Positions 1 to 13,675 of a stretch of DNA of 64,000 nucleotides are shown one piece after another. A model generated the notes under the pieces. It was not told the origin of the DNA. It searched no databases and saw only the letters and a program-made list of their open reading frames with translations. How positions within the stretch are numbered: the stretch's first letter is position 1; the number at the start of each line of letters is the position of its first letter. This stretch comes from Eledone cirrhosa (Eukaryota): positions 22,010,001-22,074,000 of the forward strand of contig OZ024740.1 in the NCBI GenBank assembly GCA_964016885.1, written 5' to 3'. A program made the translations under genes and the position numbers.

Positions 1-189
1 TTTCATGAGGGCGTACAGTAAAGCAATAATCCTAATTTGTAATGAACTAAAAATATTTCTTTTGAAAATCTGTAGAAAACTTTAGGAGTCGTCTTCATGT
101 TTTCTTCCATTCTATCTGGTTTTTACTGAGAGTATTTTATTTTATTGTCTCCTTCTATGAGGGATATGTGTGTGTATATATATATATCT

Positions 190-386
190 AGACAATGTGT
201 CAAGGAAAACCGTGATATTGTCGGGGAGAAGTGTGTCCATAATGATAATGGTGTACTTGCGCTCACTGATACTGATAAGAAGATAGCCTGGAAGTGTCAC
301 TACGAGAGACTATTAAATGAGGAGAATAAATGGGAAAAAGATAGTCTGCCTCCAATAGAAGGACCAGCGGTGCAAGTTAAAGGTAG
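190..386 (+). pseudogene. RTE-like LINE ORF fragment (region between endonuclease and RT)
   Basis: Translation RQCVKENRDIVGEKCV...KKIAWKCHYERLLNEEN..W...PPIEGP resembles the RTE-clade linker; similarity stops abruptly at ~386. Confidence 0.65.
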
Positions 387-804
387 TGTAGCAAGAGTTG
401 CCTCCCTTGTTGTGACAATCACATTACCACTCTCTAGACAGGAAGTAGCTGGAGTTACTTCCCGTTGGGGTGGCAGAACCCTTTTTGTCACTTCCGTCCT
501 GGGATCCTATAAAAGGGATACTCAGGGCGATCTCACTCTCTTCTAACTAGCCTGGCCCTTCGGCCAGGCGTCTTCGGCCAGGCGTCTTCGGCCAGGCGCG
601 TTCGCTTGGCAACCCTAACATGGTCTCTTGCGAGTTAACTTCAAAACGGTAACAAATAACTTTACTTCATTCTTTCATCTACCCATGGACATGTCAACTA
701 TTCTATTCTACATAACTTCAACTTGTTAATTAAACTTTATACACACAACAGTCTCCTGTTATATTCATACACACCAGCATCAATGTTATAAGTGGTGACC
801 CCCG
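387..804 (+). mobile_element. Probable LTR of a Gypsy-like LTR retrotransposon followed by a primer-binding site
   Basis: Starts TGTAGCA and ends TGTTATA (790). Contains TATAAAAG (~508), ATTAAA (~729) and three 14-bp repeats (cttcggccaggcgt). Immediately followed by the PBS-like TGGTGACCCCCG (793-804). Interrupts the RTE fragment. Confidence 0.5.
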
Positions 805-2167
805 AAAAAAGAAAAAAATAATAGGATCTGGTGTTGTGAGGGTATGGAAAAAAGAAAATTAATTAGCAGTACCCCATTTTCATTGGAATGTGTGGACCAA
901 CATTTCGAACACGCAGCAAACTTTATTAACAAACTCGGAAAAATACGCAGACACAGAAGCGAACACACGCACATGTGAAATTCTCGTTCAGACAGACTCT
1001 TTTTCTCTCACGCACGCGTCGTACATCAACTAAATGTCGCATTTCACTGGATGTATATATATATGTTTTCCGTTTCTTCTTACAACGAACATTTAAAAAA
1101 AAAAAAAAAAAAGAAATTTGACTTTTTTTTTTTTACACATTTCAACATGAACATTTATTTTCGCTGAATCTCAACTATTGCTTATTCTTTCCGCCAAGCT
1201 TTTTTCATCATTCACAAAAAAGTTGTACTCGCCATATTTGTTATACCAAGTGAAGCCTTTCTTTCTTTTTCATCATATTATCACGTTCACACACAAATTT
1301 TTCAAAATGGCTGCCAACGACCTGTTGCACTATCATTTTCGCGCCAATTTCTCGCGCAATAGAAATATATATTTTTTTTCAACTTGACTTTAACCTTGTT
1401 TCAGCATGTGTGCAGAGCACACATCTCGACTCACTGAGATAACACACGCCATAGATAATGTTTCTTGCCAAGGATTCTCCAGCCTTAAGCTATATTCTCC
1501 TATTTGCCGGTTTAAAAATTTACCTCGTAAATTTGCCATTGAAAACTGCGCATTTATTCAGAATGCTTATTTCTTTGGTCGCTGGCCTCTTGACTCTTCC
1601 AGGTCAACGCATTCTCAACATCGACCATCAACTTTGGCTGTTATTTCTAGCACTTTGCGCAACTCATTTTTTTTTCTGGGAAACTTTGTACGGTGAATTT
1701 AAACAACATCGAATACGCTCACTCCGCGAGACAACAACATCAACAACAACACAGCTTCATCAACAACCAAAACCAGCAGAACAAGCCAGAGAATTTATTT
1801 TTGCAGCACTCTTCCTGTGAGAAAATCCCACCAAATTTCACGATGTACCACAGTCTAGAGACCACCTGCATACATTCTCTGGAGGCACACTTTCTTTCCT
1901 GCTGTCATGTGATTGCACACCAGTAAACTGTATTTTGAACATTTGAACTTTGACCTCTTCTTTTAATTTGATTACATTGTATCTTTGGGTGATGGATAGA
2001 TAGATGTCCAGTCGTTCTCTAACCAAGAGCGGTTGGCTACCTTGATATCTATCATTGATTTTTGCATGCGTATATTTTGCTGTTTTCTTTTGATTGCAAA
2101 CATTATTTTTTTCGTAATTTTCATGCCTGGACTTTGGTGTTACATGCTCGCCATCTTACTCCATACA

Positions 2168-2731
2168 TGGTTTATTCGTTTAACGTCCATTTTCCACGCT
2201 AGCATGGGTTAGACGGGAGTTGTCTCACTTGAGGCAAGGCTGGTCGGGTGACCGTGTCTCGCTCATATAGGACTATCTGGCAGGTTTTCTACGGCTGGAT
2301 GCCCTTCCTAACACCAACCACATTTACAGTGTGGAACTGGGAACTTTTTACCATGTTACCTACACGGCCACATTACAGTGTGGACTGTGTGTTTTTTATC
2401 GTGACACCTACATGATCTCAATCTCATTTTCTCGTGCTGTTGGTGGGAGTGGGAGGATAGGGTAGGGGTAGTGGATTGGGGTGTATATTTGGTTAAGAGG
2501 TGCCTACTGACTGTAGGTTTCACTTTGTACATAGGCAAGGCGGGTCTTCTGTATTACTGCGTAGCGCCAAAGATCTCGGTCCAGAGACATTGTCTTAGAG
2601 AGATGTAAGTGTGTGAGGTCGGAATTTATCAGATCATCCCAGGTTTTTTGGGGTCTACCTACTCCGTAACTACCATCAATTTTGATCGCCCTGCACTTTT
2701 TTATGCAGCTGTCGTCTTTCATGCGCATCAC
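2168..2731 (-). mobile_element. RTE LINE 3' end (ORF C-terminus plus 3' UTR)
   Basis: ORF 2504-2731 contains I.G..GVGRPQKTWDDLI..DL...DRDLWR, typical of RTE C-termini. Confidence 0.7.
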
Positions 2732-2789
2732 TTGACCATACCAACATAGTATATATATATATATATATATATATTATTTATATATTGCA

Positions 2790-3085
2790 ATCGAAGGGTT
2801 GTGAGTTCAATTCTCAGACTGGGTGATGTGTTGTTTCCTTGAGCAAGACACTTTATTTCACATTGCTCCAGTTTACTCAGCTGTAGAAATGAGATGATAG
2901 GGACTGAGGTCCATATCATTCCACTGCAAAGTGGTCGTGGAGGTGCCACGGCAAAAAAGCACCCAGCACTCACTGTAAATGAGGTTGGTGTTAGGAAGGG
3001 CATCCAGCTGTAGAAATCAAGCCAGAATCAGTTCCCGTCCCACCCTTGCAAGCAGGGAAAAGCGGACGTAAAATGAAATGATGAT
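2790..3085 (+). mobile_element. SINE remnants with RTE-derived 3' tail
   Basis: B-box-like gagttcaattc, conserved ccttgagcaagacacttta segment, and a tail shared with the RTE 3' UTR (ggaagggcatccagc...gatgat). Confidence 0.5.
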
Positions 3086-3384
3086 ATATATATATACACA
3101 CACACACATATATACAACTAGCAAAACTTGTATTTATTGACATAATTGAATTAATTTCATGTCATGGTTTAAGAAAGAGAGAATTTTAGGCATGGTTTGG
3201 TTTGTATTTTCAGTCAGTCATGTTGAAACATAGGTTGGCAAGATTTATAGTGTTTATTGTGGAATGTTAAGCTTCAAGTTATTTTATTGTGGTAGACAGT
3301 TGAGGGAAGTCTTTCTCAAGCCTAGAAACTCATAAACCTTTTGATACTATTCACCTGTAACCTGGATTTATGATACAAAACTGC

Positions 3385-3720
3385 TTCTTCTTCTTCTTCT
3401 TCTTCTTCTTCTTCTTCTTCGTCCACTTATTCCTGAGAGAGCTATGGAGGAAGAATCCTCAGACACTCCTTCCAGTGAGTCAGGACAGACACAACCGTAT
3501 CCAACTGATCTGGCTGAATCCAAAAGCGAGACCAGCCAAGCTCGTGGATGTTATCTAACCAACTTGCTCAGGATCTATCCCTGGCTCTCCTGCCATTTGG
3601 TTTTGCCCAGGGATTCTTTCCAGTGATTCTGTCCAGTGATTATTTCCTCAAACATTCTAACCACATGTCCATGGTATCAGAGCTGTGATCTCTCAATTCA
3701 GAGAAATAGGGCTCTACCTG
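3385..3720 (-). mobile_element. RTE 3' fragment with (GAA)n tail
   Basis: Reverse-complement similarity to 5090-5320 and 63170-63456; (TTC)n tract at 3385-3420. Confidence 0.6.
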
Positions 3721-4884
3721 GAGCACTTAAAATGTTTTTCTTTATATTAAAACATCATAATCATCATCATCATTTTAACATCTGCTTTTCCTGCTAGCAA
3801 AGATTGGATGGGTCTACCTAGACCAAGTCAGTACTGATGTGGAGTCACTTACCTCCCAGAGAGGTCAGGGATCTGTGTCTTGCTTATGTATGGTCTCACA
3901 TTCCAATAAGTGCTCAGGAGAGGTTGCCATCCCTTTGACACAACTGAAGCTCCTCCCAATACTTTGTTTGGATGGATGCCCATCCTATCACCAACCACTT
4001 TACACTGTGTACTGAGAATGTTCATTGTGTAGATCACCAACCTTTCTTCTAAATTTTATATTAGAAATGTTTGTTAAGGAATGTTCTAAATATCAGTTTA
4101 CAAATGAAAAACTTATATTTCTAAAATTAAGTGAAACACAGAGAGAGGTGTGAAATAACTGGGAGTACAATATTCCCCCAACATCCTAAACACCCACTCA
4201 ATGGGACACCAATTCATTTTCAGCTGAGTTAACTGGAGGAATATGAAATGAAAGGTTTTACTCAAGAACACCATGCACTGCCCAGTCCAGGAATTGAACT
4301 CCTGCCATTACAATTGTTAGCCTAACATCGTAATGACTAGTTTAAGGTTATTTTTGTTGTTGTAGTGGCTCAATCCTGCATAGGTTTAACTAGCCTCCTA
4401 TGAGGTCACATCACAAGTTTCCTGGGGTTTTAATGATAGGAGCCCCAACCACACATTGTCAATTGAGGTTGGAAGAGTTTGTAAGAGTAGACCCCATTAT
4501 GTTACTGGTGGCTTTTACATTATTTATGAATGAGAGATCTAGTGTATGAAAGTTAATGATATCAGTAGCTATGGTGTGTGTGAATGTTTATGTATGTGTA
4601 TGTGTGTGTCATCACTGCCTCCCTCTCTCACACTCTCCCCATCTATCATTATTATAAACAAATGGGGACCCATGCACTGGCTACCTTGTGGCCCTGGCAG
4701 ACATAATAGAGAAGACATATTGTTATCTCTAGTTGATAGGGGACACTTGTTCCACGAACAGTATCTTGGTGAGATCAAAGAAACTCTCTACTTATTTGTG
4801 GTCCTGCTATATTAATCCTTAAAGAATGTGCCCCCTCTAATCATTTAAACTCACTTAAAAAAAACAAAAAAAAACAATGATATG

Positions 4885-5320
4885 TAAGGGGTTGGCGTAA
4901 AAGCCAAACTCGCTATCTTCAATTCGGTATTCGTGCCAAACCTTACCTATGGTCATGAATCTTGGGTAATTACTGAAATTATACAATCGCAAATACAAGT
5001 TCCTCTGAAGTGTCTTCAGAGTAACATTACTCGATAGAGTGCTTAGCTCAGAGATCAAAGAATCACTATGTAGAGCTGCTACTTCTCCAAATTGAGAGAT
5101 CACTGCTCCAATACTATGGACATGTGGTTAGAATGTTGGACAGATTTTATAGGCAAAACCAACTGGCAGGAGATCCAGGAGTAGACCCCGAGAAAGATAA
5201 TTGGATAACATCCATGAGCTTGGCTGGAGATGGTTGCTTCTGACAGGACCCACTGGAAGGAGTGTTTGAAGACTCTGCCCAATGACCCTCTCAGGAATAA
5301 GTGGGCGAAGAAGAAGAAAG
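4885..5320 (+). mobile_element. Degraded RTE 3' fragment
   Basis: Clear similarity to 62985-63456 in this window; ends ...aataagtgggcgaagaagaagaa. Confidence 0.65.
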
Positions 5321-5534
5321 GTCTTGCAGTAACTTGAAAAACCTTGTTAAGTAAAAAAATAATGAAAATTAGGGTATATATATATAAGACAATGAAAGAG
5401 ACATTCTTCTCAGATGTGGATATAAATAACTAAATTATTTCATCTATGGTAAGTCATGCTAGAGTAAGTACATTTACAAGGCCTGTTTATGCTGGATTTT
5501 GTTGACACGCTTAAAAGTTTCTTTGTGAAACACT

Positions 5535-5750
5535 TGGATTGGCAGATCAGTAGTGTGTCAGGTATCATGTTTTGCAGCAAGAGTTATGTCCCTTTATGTT
5601 CTGAGTTCAAATCCCACCGAGGTTAGCTTTGCTTTTCATCCTTACAGGGTCGATAAAATAAAGCACCAGTAATACACTAGGGTCAATTTAATTAATTTTC
5701 CCATCCCCACCAAAACATTGTTGGCCTTGTGCCTGAATCAGAAACTATTA
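5535..5750 (+). mobile_element. tRNA-derived SINE, abundant family in this window
   Basis: A-box-like tggcaga, B-box gagttcaaatccc, conserved ctttcatccttacagggtcgataaaataaag..ccag body and ggccttgtgcc...gaaac tail. Confidence 0.75.
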
Positions 5751-5767
5751 GATATAACCTAGTTTAA

Positions 5768-5968
5768 CCCTTTACCATATCCAGCCAGAATTCTCTCACC
5801 TTTTTATGTTCAAACCGACTGGCCACTCATACTTATGTTAAATTATTGTTCTCAAAATAAATAACATCAAAATCTTGTAGATTCGATATTATGTGAGATA
5901 ATTATGTAAGATAAAGGCTTACCACAAAAATACAATAGTATATATAGAGTAATGTAAATGCTGAAGGG
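5768..5968. mobile_element. piggyBac-type MITE (second, truncated copy at 6194-6398)
   Basis: TTAA|CCCTT...AAGGG|TTAA boundaries; related copy begins TTAA|CCCTT at 6190. Confidence 0.7.
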
Positions 5969-6607
5969 TTAATGTAGTAATATGTACATCTTGCCTCAAA
6001 TTGTAGTAATAATCTGAAGGATGTATTAAATAAATTGGATGAACTTATTTTCTATGCTTAGTCAGGAAAAAGTGCAACATATATCGTGCAACATATAAAG
6101 TGCAACATATATCAGAGTTTGTGTCGGTACACTTGTTAACAGAGTGGGGTTTACTTGACACACTTAACAATCAGATGGTGATGGTGGTGTTAACCCTTTA
6201 GTATTCAAACCGGCAGTATCCGACCACAATTCTCTTTTCACTCACCTCTTTCTGTTCAAACTGGCTGTAACCGGCCACTCATACTGATGTTAAGGTATTG
6301 TTCTCAAAATAAATAATATCAAAATCTCATAGATTTTATATTATGTGAAGTAAAGTCTTTACCATGAAAATGAAATTATAAATATAGAGTAATGTAAACC
6401 AAGCAGCAGATTATGTCTATCAGTCAAGTAGATGACAGCAAGATTTGAACCCAGTACACAAAGAGGTGGGTGAAAAAGGTATTGCAGACCATGGAATTTA
6501 TAAGGTATGTCTGTCAGCAGCTCAAGCCCTGAAGATTGGGAAGAATTTATCTACAGTATAAGTCTGCTATACATTCCTGTAGGGATCAGAAGGAGTTTGA
6601 TGAGGAC

Positions 6608-6820
6608 AATAGTTTCTGATTTAGGCACAAGGACAACAATTTGGGGAAGTCGATTAAATCAACCCAGTGTATTACTGGTATATTATTTTATTGACCCTGT
6701 ACAGATGAATGGCAAAGCTAACTTCAATGGCATTTGAACTCAGAATGTAAAGGGATGTAACTATATACTGCAAAGCATGTTGTCTGATGCTCTAATGATA
6801 CTTCCAATCCACTGCCCTCT
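6608..6820 (-). mobile_element. tRNA-derived SINE
   Basis: Reverse complement of the family at 5535-5750. Confidence 0.7.
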
Positions 6821-7317
6821 TTGGTAAAAATAATAGTTTCATTTAATATTCTGGAGAGATGGTCTGTGTCATTGGAATGGTTCTCTGTTGGATTCAATAT
6901 TAGTGTTCCAGTTGGGATAGCTTTCTCATATTATTTCACTTGCAAGTGACTGAGCATTCTAGACATGTGTACTCTTAACATAATTTGTATAGAGAGTCAT
7001 GAAGTCACTTGTCTTAGTGGTTAGGATTAGCAATCATGAGGTTGCAAGTTTGATTCCCAGACCAGATGATTTGTTAGGTCCTTGAGGAAGACACTTTATT
7101 TCATGTTGCTCCTTCTGCCAGGTGATACCACTGGTAGATAGTATCAGCAATGGAAAGACCAATGGAAACATTGTTTCCTTGGTCCAATTTAACAAATTCC
7201 ACCCCATTTGTCGATGTCAGAAAAAGCTGGTCTTTTGAATTAGAAATACTGTTCATTTGATGGGCTTCCATAGTCTTTTTATGTATCTAATTTCTTTCTC
7301 AAGGTGTGGATCAACTC

Positions 7318-8241
7318 AAAGCTATAGTAAAGACATTTGACAAAAGAACAGTTCAACGTACTCAAGGCTTGGCTCAACCCAAAGCTATAGCAAAGACATT
7401 TGACAAAAGAACAGTTCAACCTACTCAAGGCTTGGCTCAACCCAAAGCTAAAGCAAACACATTTGACAAAAGAACAGTTCAACCTACTCAAGGCTTGGCT
7501 CACCCAAAGCTATGGCAAACACATTTGACAAACGAACAGTTCAATGTACTCAAGGCTTGGCTCAACCCAAGGCTATAGTAAAGACATTTGACAAAAGAAC
7601 AGTTCAACGTACTCAAGGCTTGGCTCAACCCAAAGCTATAGCAAAGACATTTGACAAAAGAACAGTTCAACCTACTCAAGGCTTGGCTCAACCCAAAGCT
7701 ATAGCAAAGACATTTGACAAAAGAACAGTTCAACCTACTCAAGGCTTGGCTCAACCCAAAGCTAAAGCAAACACATTTGACAAAAGAACAGTTCAACCTA
7801 CTCAAGGCTTGGCTCACCCAAAGCTATGGCAAACACATTTGACAAAAGAACAGTTCAACGTACTCAAGGCTTGGCTCAACCCAAGGCTATAGTAAAGACA
7901 TTTGACAAAAGAACAGTTCAACGTACTCAAAGCTTGGCTCAACCCAAAGCTATATCAAACACATTTGACAAAAGAACAGTTCAACCTACTCAAGGCCTGG
8001 CTCAACCCAAAGCTATAGCAAACACATTTAACAAAAAAACAGTTCAACCTACTCAAGGCTTGGCTCAACCCAAAGCTATGGAAAACACATTTGACAAAAG
8101 AACAGTTCAACGTACTCAAGGCTTGGCTCAACCCAAAGCTATAGTAAAGACATTTGACAAAAGAACAGTTCAACCTACTCAAGGCTTAGCTCAACCCAAA
8201 GCTATAGCAAAGACATTTGACAAAAGAACAGTTCAACCTAC
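7318..8241 (+). repeat. 63-bp minisatellite (~14.7 units) reading as 21-aa repeats KAIxKTFDKRTVQxTQGLAQP
   Basis: Direct repeats visible; two 62-bp variant units 314 bp apart cause the frameshifts in the ORF track. Confidence 0.95.
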
Positions 8242-8387
8242 TTTCTCCAAGTCTTCAAAGTACCTAATATAATCAACTATACAGGTGAGTGAAGCTCTGT
8301 CATGCATATTGTCAGTGATTTGTCCTTATCTGACCTGCTGTTGTCGGTGGTGGAACGTTGATTGTGTGTATGAATGTCCAATTAGTA

Positions 8388-8458
<71 letters not shown>

Positions 8459-9011
8459 TTGCAAATGTGTGTGTGTGGAAAAGGTTAGAAATTAGACCAA
8501 GTCAGATGGTTATAATATGTCAACTGAGTATTATGTAAATATAAAGAGGTTAATGAATGCAACTACACACATCTTATCTGTATATATATTTATGAGTGTA
8601 TGTGTGTGTGGATGTGTGTAAGCATGTGTATACTTCATGAATGTATGCATGGCATGCATGCATTGTATGCATGTATGTATGTTTGTATGCATGTATGTAT
8701 GAGTGTGTGTGTGTATGTATATATTTATACATACATGTGTTGTATGTACATATGCATCCATGCATTTTGATATGCAAGAAATAAAGTATTTTGCTGAAGA
8801 ACACAATATGCCACATGGTGTGGGGACCAAACCCATGACCTTAAAACGGTGAGTCTAACATCCTAACCATTAGGCCATGCAGCTCCACCTGTCTGCTAAT
8901 GTTTCAGAATAGTTTCTGTAGTGACTGCAGCCTATCTATTATCCATCACCACTCCCTATTGCTCTACAGAGATCCTTATCACTAACCTTGTGTGACCAGG
9001 GGTGCACTACT

Positions 9012-9298
9012 CAGGGCTGGCAAAGGGGGAAATTGCCCTGGGCTCCCTGCAGTGGTGGGCCCCACCAACAATGGCTGTAGTAATTTATTTGTACCCTCAG
9101 CTGGGCTTTTGAGTTTTAGGATGGTTACAATTTTTTAATTTAATCCCTGTATGTATAATTTTTCAATTCCAATTACTTACACCAAGCTAACTTTGATATG
9201 TAAAATAGCAGAGTTTGCTGTGTATTCTAATGTTTTGTGTATGAGGGGCCACCAAACCTGAAGTGCCCCAGGCCCCCCAAGGTCTAAATCCAACCCGA
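9012..9298. mobile_element. hAT-type MITE
   Basis: CAGGGCTGG start, degenerate inverted end, 8-bp TSD gcactact/gcactatt. Confidence 0.55.
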
Positions 9299-9846
9299 GC
9301 ACTATTTCCTCCCAATCTTTACTATTATTCCACAGAGATCCATACCACTAATCTTGACCAGGGGTGTAGAGGATTCCCCTTAGGAAGCCATTTATAAATA
9401 TCTGCACCTTACTTGGTAGTGACCCAGGATTTTCCCCTAATAAAATCTTGGGGTTTTTGTAGGTATGGTTAACTCTGCACATGAGTTATAGACAATCTGA
9501 TCTGACTTTGTTAATTTCTAAATTTATGTTTGGTGTAGTGCCACCTTTTTTGTTAAGGCTGTTGTTGCAATATAATGTGAACGAGGACCTTTAAGTCTGG
9601 CCAGACAACCTCTATAGTGCTGGTGACACAAATAATACACCTGGTCTACAAGGTATAATGTTTGATGACAGGAAGGACAGAAAAACCCTGCCAAAAACTA
9701 TGGAAACATATAAGATTCCCACTAAACCAAGGAAAACCTGGGCAGAGGTTCTGAGAGCTTATCTCATTTGCTGAAGCTCACAGAGGAAATGACAAAGGAC
9801 CACATGCACATAACATATATGTGCGACCACTGGTTTCAGGGTCCAC

Positions 9847-12800
9847 TCATGGACACCACATGAGGGGCCAATTTGAAACAGTCTCCTCCACATATCCGGG
9901 TGTGGGTGGTTTGTCCGGGATTACTTGGAGGAATTTGTCCAAAGACTTCTTGAATTTTGTGTGGTCAGTTTCTGTTTTGACGTGTCCTGGTGTGATGTTG
10001 AGAGCAGGGCCGATTGAGGTGAAATAATTGTGCCGTATTGTTGTTATGAGTTGCGATTTAGATTTTTGAATGGGACGGATAGCACGGGGCCCAAGCCTTG
10101 GGTGTATCTTGAAGGCGATGCCAACATCATTTGGGCAGTGATGATGGAACATTTTCCACATCATGCAGATAATATAACGCTCACGGCGACGTTGGAGTGA
10201 GTAAAGTTTCAGGTTTTCTAATCGACCCCAGTAGTCAAGGTCTGACATGCCATCTATCTTTTTCGTGATTGCCCTTTGAGGAGCTTCAAGTTTCATGATA
10301 CTTTGTTTCGTGTGGGGAGACCACAGTGGACAACAGTATTCAAGGTGTGGTCGGGCAAAAGTAGAGAAGAGAAGGATAATGGTGCGGGAATCTCTCGACT
10401 GGAAGGTTCTGAGGATCCAGGAACACATTCTGCGGGCCATGTCAACTTTGCTGCTTATATGCGTGGTCCAGCTTATGTTGCTGTCCACGGTTACTCCCAA
10501 GTCTCTGATGTTGTTAGATGCCACGAGAGTTTCCCCGGAGGGAAGGGAGTACGGGAGTTTCAGAGCATCCTCTTTTCCAAAGTGGATCAGTTCGAATTTG
10601 TCTTCGTTCAGTAACATGTTGTTCTTTTCTGCCCATTGGGTAACAGCCAGTAGGTCGGACTGAAGGCTTATCCGGTCATCCACGCCATTGATGACCTTTT
10701 GGAGCTTGGAATCATCAGCGAAAATTTTAATGTTGCTGTGTTTGATGATGTCAGTGATGTCATTAATATAGATGATGAAGAGAAGTGGGCCCAACACAGT
10801 GCCTTGTGGGACCCCACTACTGACTTTGGCTGGGCTTGATTTGACTCCCTCAACTACAACATGTTGGGTTCTATTTGACAGGAAGCTCTTGATCCACTGC
10901 AGCAGCTTTCCAGTGACACCAATATTGGACAGCTTTCTCAGTAGAATGTTATGATCAACCCTGTCAAAGGCCTTGCTGAAATCAAGGTAGATAACATCAG
11001 TGTTGGAACCCTCTCCCAAGGCTCTCAAAATGTCATCAAAGTGATGCAGTAGCTGCGTCAGGCAATCCCTTCCATTACGGAATCCATGCTGGTTGGAGTT
11101 CAGCATATTGTTACTCTCAAGGAAGTGGGTCATTCGCGATCTCACCACTCTCTCAAATACCTTAATGATATGAGAGGTGAGTGAGATTGGACGGTAATTC
11201 ACGGCAAGGGATTTGTTTCCCTTTTTGAAAACTGGGACAACAGACTGGGATAGAAGGTTTTCTGGCACATATCCAGCATCCAGTGAGTTCCGCCACAGAT
11301 TGGCAAGAGGAGATGCAAGTTGGTGTTGACACGCCTTCAAGACACAAGCAGGGAACCTATCGGGACCTACTGCTGAATTATGCTTGATTTCCTTTATTGC
11401 CGCCAAGACATCAGGGGCGCCAAACGTTATGTCCGATAAGGTGTAATGGGGAGTGACATCGCCGATACAGCCCAGATCGGCCATATCAGGATTGCTGAAA
11501 ACAGAGCAGTATTGTTTCTGCAGTATCTCACCCATGGTTTTAGCATTGTCTTGAAGAGTGCCATTTTCATCAATTAGAGGGCCAACAGTAGAGCCAGTGA
11601 TTTTGTGTTTTTTTGCAAATGAAAAGAACACTTTGGGATTGAGTTTGATCTTCTCAATGGCCCAGGCCTCTTCAGCTCTTCTCTGATTGTTGATGAGGGA
11701 CATTATGTTGTTTTGGAGGTTATGTTTTTTAATCTCTAGTGATGAAATGGCAGTCAAGTTGATGTGTTGCTGCTGGCAGTATTTCAGCTTGTTGATTTTT
11801 TTGTTCGTTCTCTTAATTTTTCTGATGAGCGTTTTTCTATTTCTAGGGATTCTGCTCTTAGATTTGTTTATAGTTCTTAATGGGGTGTGTTTAGCACATA
11901 TGTTTGTAACAGTGTCCACAAATGTCTGCCAGGACTTTTTGATGTTAGTGGGAGTATGAGTGTGCGTGAAGGACCAGTCGACATGTGCAAGATCATGACT
12001 GATCGCTTCCCAGTTTGCATTGTGGAAATCGATAGCGTCAAACGGATGGACAGGAGAGATGACATTGGGTTTGTATATTGGACGGTGGAATCTCAGATCA
12101 CAGAGAACCATGTCATGATCAGAGAGTAGAGTTTTCTCCACTGCAATATTGTGGATATTGTCAGTGTGATTGCTGAAAATTAAGTCTAGGACGTTTTTGT
12201 GGCACCTCATTGGTTCGAGCACCAGTTGGGATAGGAAGAAATCATCCATCAAGTCAAGAAGCGATTCCACAGCTTCCCTGTCAGAGGTTGAGGCAGAAGA
12301 ACCTGGTGGCAGGCTGTTTGTGGACCAGTCAACTCCGGGGAGGTTGAAGTCCCCCATCATTAAGATGTTGTCAGGGTGACACTCTTGGATGAAACACTTT
12401 ATGCTGTTGAGGCATTCCTTGAAGCAAGGTACAGGCGTTTGGGGTGGCCTATAGAGCCCAACTACTAATAGGTTGTTGGTTTGACTGAATACAGTGACTG
12501 CTTCACAGTATCCATTAGTGAATATGTTCATAGCCTCTGTTGAGAAAGAATTATGGACATAAATGGCAGTTCCGCCCTTTCTTCTGCCTGCGCGATCAGC
12601 ACGGATGGCTTTGAAATTTTTCACTTTCACCTCGGCTTCCAAGTGGAGGTTACTGAGATGGGTTTCAGTGAGGACGAAGAAAGGGATGTGGTTTGGATGG
12701 ACATCAATCCAGTCCTCCAGGAATTTGATCTTCCATTTTTGAGTATTGGTGGAAGGGCTGATGCCTTGGGCGTTAAGCAAAAATGTAGAGGCGAGAGTGG

Positions 12801-12857
12801 ATGGTTTTAATTGTTTTGGTGTGTTGTTAATTTGTTTGTTTGTTAATGGCAGCAATA
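9847..12857 (-). mobile_element. CR1-like non-LTR retrotransposon ORF2 (APE endonuclease + reverse transcriptase), uninterrupted frame
   Basis: Motifs LTETHL, GLYRPP, MGDFN, SDHD (APE); [38 protein letters not shown] (RT); CR1-type tail [10 protein letters not shown]...LQRRRER. The N-terminal ~130 aa of the listed ORF is only microsatellite. Confidence 0.9.
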
Positions 12858-12864
12858 TATTTAC

Positions 12865-12895
<31 letters not shown>

Positions 12896-12964
12896 CATAT
12901 ATTTACATATATATATACACATATATTTACATATATACATATATATATACACATATATATATAC

Positions 12965-13002
<38 letters not shown>

Positions 13003-13042
13003 ATTTACATATATACATATATATATACACATATATATATAC

Positions 13043-13091
<49 letters not shown>

Positions 13092-13342
13092 CATATATAT
13101 ATACATATATATATATACATATATATACATATATATACATATATATATACATATATATATATATACATATATATACATATATATATACATATATATACAT
13201 ATATATACATATATATATACATATATATATCATCATCATCATCATCATCAACGTTTAACGTCCGTGTTCCACGCTTGCATGGGTTTGGACGGGGGTAGTC
13301 CCACTTGAGGCAAGAGTGATTGTCTTGCTCGCATAGGACTAC

Positions 13343-13387
<45 letters not shown>

Positions 13388-13494
13388 TATACATATATAT
13401 ATACATATATATATATATACATATATATACATATATACATATATATACATATATATATACATATATATATATATACATATATATACATATATAT

Positions 13495-13539
<45 letters not shown>

Positions 13540-13560
13540 TATACATATATATATACATAC

Positions 13561-13597
<37 letters not shown>

Positions 13598-13602
13598 CAT
13601 AC

Positions 13603-13639
<37 letters not shown>

Positions 13640-13644
13640 CATAC

Positions 13645-13675
<31 letters not shown>

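Noticed and set aside
5402-5455. Micro-exon candidate (ctcag...ATG|gtaagt)
   Set aside because: Stops in all frames, and its phase does not join the 7304 exon's repeat frame; unsupported without transcripts.
7318-8241. CRISPR-like regular repeats (also 53800-54410)
   Set aside because: Contiguous tandem units without unique spacers; eukaryotic context; no cas genes.
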